A DNA stretch of 64,000 nucleotides from Alphaproteobacteria bacterium (GCA_900768875.1 CAAGEP010000003.1:400365-464364), one strand, 5' to 3'. Shown: positions 39,534 to 48,138, counted from the stretch's first letter. Program-made: numbers and translations. The notes: a model not told the origin generated them from the sequence alone.

Positions 39534-40688
39534 TCAGCCCTCCGATTTCACAAAGCTTTGTTTGACGACCGAACCGTTTTCAACCTTTTGCAGTCCCTGA
39601 ACGACGATCCGCGCGCCGGCGTCCAGTCCGCCGGTGACGATCAGGCGGTCGCCGATCAGATCGCCCGTTTTAACATAGGTCTTTTGCGCTTTTTCGTCGG
39701 CGTTCACGACATAGACGAACAGCCCCTGATTATCCTGCATCACGGCGGATTGCGGAATCAAAACCAGCGGACGGTCTTCGCCCGCCTTGACCAGCACGTC
39801 AACGTGATTTCCGGGCAACAGCGTTTTGTCCGCGTTTTGAACATCAATATACGCCGCGACCGTCGCCGTCATCAAATTGACTTCGCTGTCGAAAAACGTC
39901 TTTAACACTTTGACGGGAACAACCGTTTCGTCGGGCAGGACAACCTTGATGTCCGTAATGAAATCGCCGTTTGTTTTCAAACGCTTCATCGCGGTCAGGC
40001 GGTCTTTGTCGGTTACGGAAAACGAAACGCGTATCGGCGAAATCTGCACGATGCGCGCCATTGCGCGCCCCGACATATCGACAAAATTGCCTTTTGTAAT
40101 CAAAGCCTTGCCGATAAAACCGTCAATCGGGGCTTTGATTTCCGTATAGCCCAGATTGATGCGCGCGGTCGCGGCGTTCGCTTCGGCGGCTTTGACGGCC
40201 GCTTTCGCCTGCGCCAGCGCGCTTTCGGACGCTTCGATGTTTGACGCGGTCAGGACTTTTTGCTTGAACAACACTTTGTTGCGTTTGTGGTCGCTTTCGA
40301 TTTGCTTCAAGTTCGCCTTTGCGCGCGCGACTTCGGCGTCAGCGCTGTTGACGGCTTCCTTGTAGCGGCTCTGCTCGATGACGAACAGCACCTGATCTTT
40401 TTTGACAAAGCCGCCTTCGTCAAACAGGATTTTATCCAGATAGCCCGTGACCTGCGCTTTGACATCGACGCTGTTGATCGCTTCGACCGTCGCGATGTAT
40501 TTTCTGACGGGTGCGGTGTTTTCCAAAACCGCATCCGTGGTCACCACATACGGCACGCCGCCGCCGAACCCGTGATTTTCCGCGGGCGTCAAGCGGGTTT
40601 TCAGCCCCCACCCCGCCGCGACGCACGCCAGCAGGACGATCAGCTGAAACAGGATTTTTCTTTTGCTTAAATGAACGACTTTCATCAA
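39534..40688 (-). CDS. RND periplasmic adaptor (membrane fusion protein, HlyD/AcrA family)
   Basis: 384 aa. N-terminal anchor, coiled-coil hairpin, and beta-barrel motifs. Lies 2 nt upstream of the RND gene. Confidence 0.9.
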   Translation of the reverse strand: MMKVVHLSKRKILFQLIVLLACVAAGWGLKTRLTPAENHGFGGGVPYVVTTDAVLENTAPVRKYIATVEAINSVDVKAQVTGYLDKILFDEGGFVKKDQVLFVIEQSRYKEAVNSADAEVARAKANLKQIESDHKRNKVLFKQKVLTASNIEASESALAQAKAAVKAAEANAATARINLGYTEIKAPIDGFIGKALITKGNFVDMSGRAMARIVQISPIRVSFSVTDKDRLTAMKRLKTNGDFITDIKVVLPDETVVPVKVLKTFFDSEVNLMTATVAAYIDVQNADKTLLPGNHVDVLVKAGEDRPLVLIPQSAVMQDNQGLFVYVVNADEKAQKTYVKTGDLIGDRLIVTGGLDAGARIVVQGLQKVENGSVVKQSFVKSEG

Positions 40689-40762
40689 ACGCTCCTATCG
40701 AAAAGTTTTGGATTGTTTGATAAAAGAGTGATTGCCGTCACGCAAGAAAAAAATTTTCAATA

Positions 40763-41212
40763 TCACTTTGTAATGGTCTTCGCCAGCTTGCGAATGGCGA
40801 TGTCGACGCGCAGTCCCGAATCCAGACGGGTTTCCAAAACATACAGGTCGTTGTAGCGGAAATCGTCGTCCTCTTCCGTTTCGGCGGAAGCGTTGTCGTT
40901 GATTATTTTCACTTTTCCGGTTTTGGACACCTTGCGCACGCGAATGGCTTTGCTCACGTCGCCGGACATGAACTGCCCCGAATTTTTCCACCGCGCGACG
41001 CTTTGCGCGCTGACGCCCAAAGCTTTGGCGACCGCCGTCATCGACAGCCCCGACACCAGCAGGGTCATCGCCAGCCATTTTTCGTCCAAGCTGCGAACGC
41101 GGGACGTTTCACGCGTGAACTGACAGCCGCATTCGGCGCATTTAAAGCGTTGCCGTCCGCGCGCCGTCCCGTATTTCACCGACTTTTCACACCCGCATTT
41201 CGGACACTTCAT
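40763..41212 (-). CDS. Solo IS1 InsA-like zinc-ribbon/HTH protein with an extra C-terminal domain of about 70 aa. Putative regulator, not a transposase.
   Basis: MKCPKCGCEKSVKYGTARGRQRFKCAECGCQF (CxxC...CxxC) followed by HTH-like GLSMTAVAKALGVSAQSVARWKNSG. No InsB ORF or terminal inverted repeats nearby. Confidence 0.55.
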   Translation of the reverse strand: MKCPKCGCEKSVKYGTARGRQRFKCAECGCQFTRETSRVRSLDEKWLAMTLLVSGLSMTAVAKALGVSAQSVARWKNSGQFMSGDVSKAIRVRKVSKTGKVKIINDNASAETEEDDDFRYNDLYVLETRLDSGLRVDIAIRKLAKTITK

Positions 41213-41299
41213 TCTCACCCGCCTTTTACCATTACAATGTGATAACAAAAAACGATGTCCGCGACAAGTGTTTTTCGCGCGTTTTGCCAGTCGATTCGG

Positions 41300-43672
41300 T
41301 CAGGCGTCTTTGATATCAACGACGGTAAAGCCCGCATCGGCGACCGCTTTGATCAGCACGTTGTCGGCTACGGCTTTTTCAAGTGTTACAGACGCTTTTT
41401 TTCCCGCCAAATCGACCGAAGCGTCTGCCACGCCGTCCACGGCTTTCAGCGATTTTTCGACAAACGCGGCACAATGCGCGCAATGCATCCCGTCCACAAA
41501 CACGATTTTATTCATTGTTGATTTTCCTTTTGTTAAGTTGAAACGCCGCAATCGAAGCGCGTTCAATACAACGCTGATTGAACTGCAGCTCATCGCCGCG
41601 GCGGCAATCATGGGGCTGAGCGTTATTCCGAAGCACGGATACAGCACGCCCGCCGCAACGGGAATGCCGACGGCATTGTAGAAAAACGCCCAAAACAGGT
41701 TTTCCTTGATGTTTTTCAGCACCGCCCGTCCCAATTCGACCGCAAACACGACCGAAAACAAGTCATTGTTCGTCAGCACGACGTCAGCGCAATCCAACGC
41801 GACATCCGTTCCCCGTCCCATTGCCATGCCGACATCCGCCCGCGCCAAAGCCGGCGCGTCGTTAATCCCGTCGCCCGCCATGACAACGGTATGCCCGCCC
41901 TGTTGCAAAGCGAGAATTTCGGCGTCCTTGTCCTGCGGCGACATTTCGGCGAAAACGGCTGAAATTCCGGCTTGCTTTGCAACTGCCCGCGCCGTTTTTT
42001 CATTATCGCCCGTCAGCATCACCACGGACACTTTCGCTTTTTCCAATCGCTCCACCGCCGCTTTCGCGTCCGCCTTGACCTTATCCGCAACGGCAATCGC
42101 GCCGATTGTTTTGCCGCCTTTGACCACGAACAAAGCGGTCTTGGCCTGCTCCGTCCATTGTTCCGCAGCGGCGGCAAACGGATTGTCAATGGCGGCAGCG
42201 GCATTTCCGACGGCGCAAAGCTCCCCGTTGATTACGCCCGTTATGCCCCGTCCGACGATTTGTTTAAAACCGGAAACCGCAGGCAAATCAAGGTTGCCCG
42301 CCCGTTCGATGATTGCCCTGCCCAAAGGATGCTCGGACTGTGTTTCCAATGCCGCCGCAAAGCGCAAAACTTCGTCCTCATCGCCCAAGATGTCGGTTAC
42401 AAAGGGCTTTCCGACCGTAATCGTCCCCGTCTTGTCCAAAGCAATGACATCGGCGCGACCGACGGTTTCCAAAGCCTGCGCCGATTTGAACAAAACGCCC
42501 GCTTTCGCCCCGCGCCCCGTGCCGACCATGATTGCCGTCGGCGTCGCCAGCCCCAAAGCGCACGGACACGAAATCACCAAAACGGCAATCGCTTTTTCCA
42601 AAGCAAACGCCGTCCCCGCGCCGCAAATCATCCAAACGGCAAAAGTCAAAACGGCTGCAGTTATGACAACAGGCACGAAAACGCCGCTGATTTTATCCGC
42701 CAGTCGGGCTATCGGAGCTTTGGAGCTTGTCGCTTCGTCAACCAATCGGATAATCTGCGCCAAAGCCGTGTCCCTGCCGATTTTTTCCGCACGCAAGACA
42801 ATCCGTCCCGACACCGCGAAAGTTGCCGTTTTGACCGTGTCGCCGACCGTTTTTTGAACAGGCAGACTTTCCCCCGTCAAAGCGGATTCGTCAACGGACG
42901 CCGCGCCATCAACGACAACGCCGTCCGCCGCAACGCGTTCACCCGTTTTGACAACAATTAAATCGCCGACCGCCAAATCGGCGATTGCGACGGTTTGTTC
43001 CGTTCCGTTTTTCAACACGACTGCCGTTTGCGGCGCCAAAGACGCCAATTCCGCGATTGCCTGCGCCGTTTTTGCTTTTGCCCCCGCTTCCAAATACCGC
43101 CCGAACAACACCAAAGTCAAAATCATCGCGGCGGATTCAAAGTAAAGCGCCGTTTGCTTTTGATACATTCCCGCAACACTGTACGTCACCGCCGCGCCCG
43201 CCCCCAAAGCAATCAAAGAATCCATCGTCGGCGCGCCCGCAAACAGCGTTTTGAATCCTTTTTTGAAAAAATCCGCATTCGCGAACAAAACGACCAATGT
43301 CAATAAAAACTGAGTCAAGCCGAATGATTCGACGCTCATCTCGGAAACGGGCAAGCCAATCATGCCGCCCATGGTCAGCGTCATCAAAAACAAAGTCGCG
43401 CAAACGGAAACAATCAGTCGTCCTTCAAGATTTTCGCTTCTTTGTTCGGCAGGCTGTTTTTCACCCAAAACGCGCGCGCCGTACCCCGCCCGTTCAACGG
43501 CGGAAACAATGACGGCGGGCGATACCGTTTTTTCGTCGTACTCCACCCGCATGGTGTTTTTCAGCAGATTGACCGCAACGCTTTGAACGCCCCGTACGGC
43601 GGACACCGCTTTGTCCACACGGGCGGCACACGCCGCGCAACTCATCCCCGTAATGTTGAATACGCTTTTCAT
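41300..43672 (-). CDS. copA: Copper-translocating P1B-type ATPase with N-terminal and C-terminal HMA domains
   Basis: 790 aa. N-terminal GMSCAACA, TM CPC motif (SCPCALGLATP), DKTGT, GDGINDAP. C-terminal MNKIVFVDGMHCAHCAAFVEKSL... forms an HMA fold. Confidence 0.9.
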   Translation of the reverse strand: MKSVFNITGMSCAACAARVDKAVSAVRGVQSVAVNLLKNTMRVEYDEKTVSPAVIVSAVERAGYGARVLGEKQPAEQRSENLEGRLIVSVCATLFLMTLTMGGMIGLPVSEMSVESFGLTQFLLTLVVLFANADFFKKGFKTLFAGAPTMDSLIALGAGAAVTYSVAGMYQKQTALYFESAAMILTLVLFGRYLEAGAKAKTAQAIAELASLAPQTAVVLKNGTEQTVAIADLAVGDLIVVKTGERVAADGVVVDGAASVDESALTGESLPVQKTVGDTVKTATFAVSGRIVLRAEKIGRDTALAQIIRLVDEATSSKAPIARLADKISGVFVPVVITAAVLTFAVWMICGAGTAFALEKAIAVLVISCPCALGLATPTAIMVGTGRGAKAGVLFKSAQALETVGRADVIALDKTGTITVGKPFVTDILGDEDEVLRFAAALETQSEHPLGRAIIERAGNLDLPAVSGFKQIVGRGITGVINGELCAVGNAAAAIDNPFAAAAEQWTEQAKTALFVVKGGKTIGAIAVADKVKADAKAAVERLEKAKVSVVMLTGDNEKTARAVAKQAGISAVFAEMSPQDKDAEILALQQGGHTVVMAGDGINDAPALARADVGMAMGRGTDVALDCADVVLTNNDLFSVVFAVELGRAVLKNIKENLFWAFFYNAVGIPVAAGVLYPCFGITLSPMIAAAAMSCSSISVVLNALRLRRFNLTKGKSTMNKIVFVDGMHCAHCAAFVEKSLKAVDGVADASVDLAGKKASVTLEKAVADNVLIKAVADAGFTVVDIKDA

Positions 43673-43697
43673 TTGCTTTCCTTTTTCATAGAAATAA

Positions 43698-43726
43698 CCC
43701 CTCCTTGTCGAAAAAACAAGGAGGGG
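43698..43726 (-). terminator. Strong hairpin (10-bp stem) plus T-rich tail. It is the trpS terminator and also lies inside the copA 5' leader.
   Basis: Minus strand reads cccctccttg-ttttttcga-caaggagggg then ttatttc. It ends about 25 nt before the copA ATG. Confidence 0.6.
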
Positions 43727-43838
43727 ACTGAACAGTCGTTTGCAAACGGGTTGCTCCCACTTCCGCTTCGTCGGCAGTTCATCGGGCGTGAAAACATCCC
43801 GATTGAATTTTTCGGGTTGCCTCGCCGGCTGAAAACGC

Positions 43839-44900
43839 TTACTTCGTCAGCGCGTTTTTGCCAAAATAGTCAATACCCATTGCGGCTTTGACTTCGGACA
43901 AAGTATCGGCGGCAACCGCGCGCGCCTTTTCACTGCCCGCTTTCAGCATGTCGAACACCGCGCCGATGTCGCCCGCAAAAGCTTCGCGGCGTTCGCGAAT
44001 GGGCTTCAGTTCGTTTTGCAGAATTTCGTTTAAGAACTTTTTGACCGTTCCGTCGCCCAAGCCGCCGCGGCGGTAGTGGTCTTTCAGTTCGTCCAAATTC
44101 TTGTACGCGGGCAGGAACGCCGCAAAGTGTTCATCCGTCGAAAACGCGTCCAAATAGGTAAATACGGGGTTGTTTTCGGTATGTCCGGGGTCTTCGACGC
44201 GCAAATGCGTCGGGTCGGTGAACATGCTTTGGACTTTCTGTTTGATTTCTTTGGACGAATCTGACAGGTAAATGCAGTTGCCCAGCGATTTGCTCATTTT
44301 CGCCGCGCCGTCCAGCCCCGGCAAGCGCGAACACAGGCTGTTGTCGGGCAAAACCGCTTCGGGTTCGACCAAAACGGGGCTGTAAATCGTGTTGAAAGAA
44401 CGCACGATTTCGCGCGTCTGTTCAATCATCGGCAGCTGGTCTTCTCCAACGGGGACAAGGTTCGCTTTGAACGCCGTGATGTCGGACGCCTGCGAAATCG
44501 GATAAGTGAAAAATCCGACAGGAATGCTCTGCTTGAAGCCGCGCATTTGAATTTCGCTTTTCACGGTCGGGTTGCGCTGCACGCGCGACACGGTGACCAA
44601 GTTCATGTAATAGAACGTCAGTTCCGTCAATTCGGGGATTTGAGACTGAATGAAAATCGTCGATTTTGCGGGATCAAGTCCGCACGCCAAATAGTCCAGC
44701 GCGACGTTCGATATGTTGTTTCTGACTTTGGTGATATCGTCGGCGTTGTCGGTCAAAGCCTGCGCATCGGCAATCATAATGAAAATCGTGTGGTACAAGC
44801 CGCTGTTCTGCATTTCCACGCGGCGTTTCAGCGATCCGACGTAATGCCCCAAGTGCAGTTTGCCCGTCGGTCTGTCGCCCGTTAAAATAATGTCGCCCAT
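43839..44900 (-). CDS. trpS: Tryptophan--tRNA ligase
   Basis: Class I motifs TGKLHLGHY (HIGH) and KMSKS. AAGGAG RBS before ATG 44900. Confidence 0.95.
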   Translation of the reverse strand: MGDIILTGDRPTGKLHLGHYVGSLKRRVEMQNSGLYHTIFIMIADAQALTDNADDITKVRNNISNVALDYLACGLDPAKSTIFIQSQIPELTELTFYYMNLVTVSRVQRNPTVKSEIQMRGFKQSIPVGFFTYPISQASDITAFKANLVPVGEDQLPMIEQTREIVRSFNTIYSPVLVEPEAVLPDNSLCSRLPGLDGAAKMSKSLGNCIYLSDSSKEIKQKVQSMFTDPTHLRVEDPGHTENNPVFTYLDAFSTDEHFAAFLPAYKNLDELKDHYRRGGLGDGTVKKFLNEILQNELKPIRERREAFAGDIGAVFDMLKAGSEKARAVAADTLSEVKAAMGIDYFGKNALTK

Positions 44901-45168
44901 CGTCAAAAACTCCTTTGTTTGCTTTGCCCGTAAAATATCCCCGAACACGGCTGAAAGTCAACCGTCTTCATCACTTTTAAGTCCGGAAAATACTAGGAGC
45001 AAGCAGGATAATCAGCCGCCAACCTTTTGCGAACATTCATGCCAAGCTGGCGAAAAAGACGGAAATAAAGTGGTTTTACGACCTCGAAATGCTGACCAAC
45101 ATTTTAAACAACGACGTTCCGTAGAATTGTCCGAACAAACGCCCGTTGATTTGCTGGCGCGCATCATC

Positions 45169-45238
45169 CTCTCCGAACCCTGCGGGTTCAAATCGGGCGC
45201 GCTGACTGCACCAAATAAAAACACCCGCAAAATTGCGG
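45169..45238 (+). repeat. 70-bp direct repeat, copy 1
   Basis: Identical to 45337-45406 except for one position (acaccc versus accccc). Contains GGTTCAAATC...CACCA and a hairpin. Confidence 0.9.
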
Positions 45239-45336
45239 AATATCAAAGAATGGTTCGCAAGCCGGGATTGCGCGCCTGTCGGCGCGTCGGTCAAGCCGAC
45301 CGCTCGGCGCGTTGCGCCTGTGCGTCGTTCGCTTCG

Positions 45337-45406
45337 CTCTCCGAACCCTGCGGGTTCAAATCGGGCGCGCTGACTGCACCAAATAAAAACCCCCGCAAAA
45401 TTGCGG
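45337..45406 (+). repeat. 70-bp direct repeat, copy 2, abutting the tRNA-Lys 3' end
   Basis: See copy 1. Offset is 168 bp. Its 3' part forms the tRNA-Lys terminator hairpin. Confidence 0.9.
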
Positions 45407-45417
45407 GGGTTTTTATT
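45384..45417 (-). terminator. Terminator hairpin 3' of tRNA-Lys
   Basis: cccccgcaa/ttgcggggg stem flanked by A and T runs. Confidence 0.65.
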
Positions 45418-45493
45418 TGGTGAGCGAGCCGGGATTCGAACCCGGGGCCACATGATTAAAAGTCATGTGCTCTACCAGCTGAGCTACTCGCCC
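45418..45493 (-). tRNA. tRNA-Lys (anticodon UUU), CCA encoded
   Basis: Hand-folded. GGGCGAG acceptor. Anticodon stem CATGA/TCATG with loop CTTTTAA. T-arm CCGGG-TTCGAAT-CCCGG. Putative promoter TTGACC-17-TATGTT upstream. Confidence 0.9.
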
Positions 45494-45569
45494 GTAGCGT
45501 TTCAACAGGCGTAAACATACACAGGCGAACCGCCTTGGTCAAGAGTTTTTTTTCTTTTTTTCAAAAAAA

Positions 45570-45878
45570 TTATTTTCTAACTAACAAGTCCAGCGTTTCA
45601 GCCATTTCATTGGCGATTTTATACGCTTCAACGTTTGCTTTGAACGTCTGCTCGGCTATTATCATGTTGGTCATTTCGTTCAACATCACATCTTCGGACG
45701 CGACATAAGCCGTTGACGCCGTGCCGATGGCGCGCGTCCCCGCCACCGCGGTTACGGGAATATCGGGCGTTTCTATCGTTTGCGCCGTCTGCATACCCGA
45801 TTCGACAATATTCTGCGCGCTTTTGTAAAAGTTTGCCGCCGCCGCTTGCATACCGTTCAAAGAAACCGATGAAATCAT
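45570..45878 (-). CDS. Mini flagellar basal-body rod-like protein (102 aa: rod N-helix plus rod C-terminal motif only)
   Basis: N-terminus SLNGMQAAAANFYKSAQNIV and C-terminus NEMTNMIIAEQTFKANVEAYKIANEMAETLDLL resemble the Flg_bb_rod and Flg_bbr_C motifs. Confidence 0.5.
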   Translation of the reverse strand: MISSVSLNGMQAAAANFYKSAQNIVESGMQTAQTIETPDIPVTAVAGTRAIGTASTAYVASEDVMLNEMTNMIIAEQTFKANVEAYKIANEMAETLDLLVRK

Positions 45879-45890
45879 CTTTGTTCCTCC

Positions 45891-46280
45891 TTATCCGAAA
45901 CCTTGCGTTTTTTTCGGCACATTGTCTTCGTACACTTCCATCGTTTTTTCATACGACTCCAACTGTTGCCCAGCTTCGCGCAAAGACAAATACGAATCCG
46001 TCCCGTCATCAAACCGCAGAGCCATTTCCAACACCGGCCCCGATTCCACTATCGGTATCAAAGAGCTTTCAGCCGCAGCCGTCTGCTTTTCGGGCATTGC
46101 CGTTTGTTCGTTCAACAGGTATTGTTCCGTGGAACTCCCCGCACCGGCGGAACCAGACACACCGACAACGGACGCAGAAACGCGCGCCGAAGCAATATTT
46201 CCAAGCTTCGCCATCATATTGGACGTATGTCCGACCGACGAGTTTGTTGACACTTTCCCTGTCGACATTTTAATCACCAT
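45891..46280 (-). CDS. Hypothetical protein (129 aa) upstream of the rod-like gene
   Basis: Ser/Ala/Gly-rich N-terminal half. No family recognised. 12-nt gap to the downstream rod-like gene. Confidence 0.4.
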   Translation of the reverse strand: MVIKMSTGKVSTNSSVGHTSNMMAKLGNIASARVSASVVGVSGSAGAGSSTEQYLLNEQTAMPEKQTAAAESSLIPIVESGPVLEMALRFDDGTDSYLSLREAGQQLESYEKTMEVYEDNVPKKTQGFG

Positions 46281-46410
46281 TCTTGGTACTCAAACTTTTC
46301 TTTTTTTATTATTTCATACTTTTCCCCTCATTGTCAATGTCTTGCATTTTTTCTTGTTTTTCCGCTTTCGGACGTGTACGGATTGAAAAAATCGTCAAAA
46401 GGATTTTACC

Positions 46411-48138
46411 ATGTTTAAGCTCGCCCGCTTTTTAGCGAATTACAAAAAAGAATGCGTCGTCGGTCCTTTGTTCAAGTTTCTGGAAGCGTGTTTCGAGCTG
46501 TTCGTTCCGCTGGTCATGGCGGGAATCATCGATGTCGGCATTAAAAACGGCGACACCGCCTATATTTACAAAATGGGCGCGTTGATGGTGGGCTTGGGAT
46601 TGCTGGGGCTGGTCTGTTCCCTGACCGCGCAGTTTTTCGCCGCCAAAGCGTCCATGGGTTTCGGCACGGCTTTGCGCAGCGCGCTGTTCCGCCACGTCGG
46701 CGATTTGTCCTATGCCGAATTGGACGAAATCGGCACGCCGTCCCTGATCACGCGGCTGACGGGCGACATCAATCAGGCGCAGTCGGGGGTGAATTTGGGC
46801 TTGCGCCTGTTTTTGCGTTCCCCGTTCATCGTTGTCGGCGCGATTGTCATGGCGTTCTTGGTCGATGTGAAGCTGGCGGTGATTTTTCTGGTCGCGACGC
46901 CGCTGATCGGCGCGGTCATCTGGTTCGTCATGGCAAAGTGCATTCCCTGTTACAAGCGGATTCAAGCGTGTATGGACAAAGTTTCCCTGCTGGTGCGCGA
47001 AAATCTGACGGGCGTGCGCGTCATTCGCGCTTTTTCCAAACAAAAGGAAGAACACGCGGCGTTTGAACAAACGTGCGAAACGCTGATGAGCGAACAGGTC
47101 GCAGCGGGAAAAATCGCGGCTTTGCTGAATCCCGCGACGTACGTCGTCGTCAATCTGGCGGTCATCGCGATTGTGTGGGGCGGCGGTTTTCAAGTCAACG
47201 CGGGCGATTTGACGCAGGGCGAAGTAATCGCCTTGGTCAACTATATGTCGCAAATCCTGCTGGCATTGGTCGCTTTGGCGAATTTAATCGTCGTCTTTAC
47301 GAAAGCGTCCGCGTCCGCCGCGCGCATCAACGACGTGTTCGCGATTTTCCCGACGGTCGGGGAAAACGGCAAAGCGGCAAATTCTTTGCCCGACGCGCCC
47401 CGCGTGCGGTTTGAAAACGTGTCGTTCGCCTATAAAAACGCCGAAGCGGAAGCGTTGACCGGCATCGACTTCGCCGTGCCGAAAGGCGCGACCGTCGGCG
47501 TTATCGGCGGCACGGGATCGGGCAAGACGACTTTAATCAACCTGCTTTCCCGCTTTTACGACGCGACGAAAGGGCGGGTTTTAATCGACGGCGTTGACGT
47601 TCGGGATTATCCTTTTGCGGATTTGCGCCGAAAAATCGGCGTCGTGCCGCAAAAAGCCGTGCTGTTCAAAGGAACGATCCGCGACAATATGCGCTGGGCG
47701 AAAGCCGACGCGGCTGACGCGGAAATTTGGCGGGCGTTGGCAATCGCGCAGGGCGACGAATTCGTTTCGACAAAACCCGAACAGCTTGACGCGCCGATAG
47801 CGCAAGGCGGACGCAATCTGTCGGGCGGGCAAAGGCAACGGCTGACCATCGCGCGGGCTTTGGTCGGAGAGCCGGAAATCCTGATTTTGGACGACAGCGC
47901 GTCGGCGCTGGACTTCGCGACCGACGCGAAACTGCGTAAAGCGATTAAAAACGACCTTGCGGGGACGACGGTCTTTCTGGTTTCTCAACGCATTTCGACG
48001 GTGCGCGGCGCGGATTTCATCGTCGTTTTGGACGACGGCAAAGCGGTCGGCGTCGGCGGGCATGACGATTTGTTTGAAAACTGTCCCGTCTATCGTGAAA
48101 TCTGCCTGTCGCAGTTGGAAAAAAAGGAGGCGGCGTAA
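46411..48138 (+). CDS. ABC exporter half-transporter (TMD-NBD fused), subunit A of a heterodimer
   Basis: 575 aa. Six TM helices, Walker A GGTGSGKTT, LSGGQRQR, ILILDD. Confidence 0.9.
   Translation: MFKLARFLANYKKECVVGPLFKFLEACFELFVPLVMAGIIDVGIKNGDTAYIYKMGALMVGLGLLGLVCSLTAQFFAAKASMGFGTALRSALFRHVGDLSYAELDEIGTPSLITRLTGDINQAQSGVNLGLRLFLRSPFIVVGAIVMAFLVDVKLAVIFLVATPLIGAVIWFVMAKCIPCYKRIQACMDKVSLLVRENLTGVRVIRAFSKQKEEHAAFEQTCETLMSEQVAAGKIAALLNPATYVVVNLAVIAIVWGGGFQVNAGDLTQGEVIALVNYMSQILLALVALANLIVVFTKASASAARINDVFAIFPTVGENGKAANSLPDAPRVRFENVSFAYKNAEAEALTGIDFAVPKGATVGVIGGTGSGKTTLINLLSRFYDATKGRVLIDGVDVRDYPFADLRRKIGVVPQKAVLFKGTIRDNMRWAKADAADAEIWRALAIAQGDEFVSTKPEQLDAPIAQGGRNLSGGQRQRLTIARALVGEPEILILDDSASALDFATDAKLRKAIKNDLAGTTVFLVSQRISTVRGADFIVVLDDGKAVGVGGHDDLFENCPVYREICLSQLEKKEAA

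Noticed and set aside
40763-41248. IS1-family insertion sequence.
   Set aside because: Only the InsA-like reading frame is present. There is no InsB, no A6C-type frameshift window and no terminal inverted repeats or target duplication that I could see. I annotated it as a solo regulator-like gene instead.
44981-45124. Protein-like reading frame (...ANIHAKLAKKTEIKWFYDLEMLTNILNNDVP*) upstream of the repeats, possibly a gene remnant.
   Set aside because: An upstream in-frame stop lies at 44978-44980, and there is no start codon before Met at 45089 and no RBS. It is too short to support a pseudogene call without a database match.
45169-45406. Possible CRISPR array, tRNA gene or tmRNA at the 70-bp repeats.
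   Set aside because: There are only two copies, with a 98-bp GC-rich spacer and no cas genes. The T-stem (GCGGG...CGGGC) does not pair. No 5' acceptor strand complementary to TGACTGC exists upstream. I found no Ala-rich tag reading frame.
44860-45453. ORFs of 187 aa (plus strand) and 125 aa (minus strand) spanning the trpS-tRNA-Lys gap.
   Set aside because: They run through the two 70-bp repeats, the terminator hairpins and the tRNA-Lys 3' end. The apparent repeated peptide (LSEPCGFKSGALTAPNKN) is just the translated DNA repeat, and there is no RBS.
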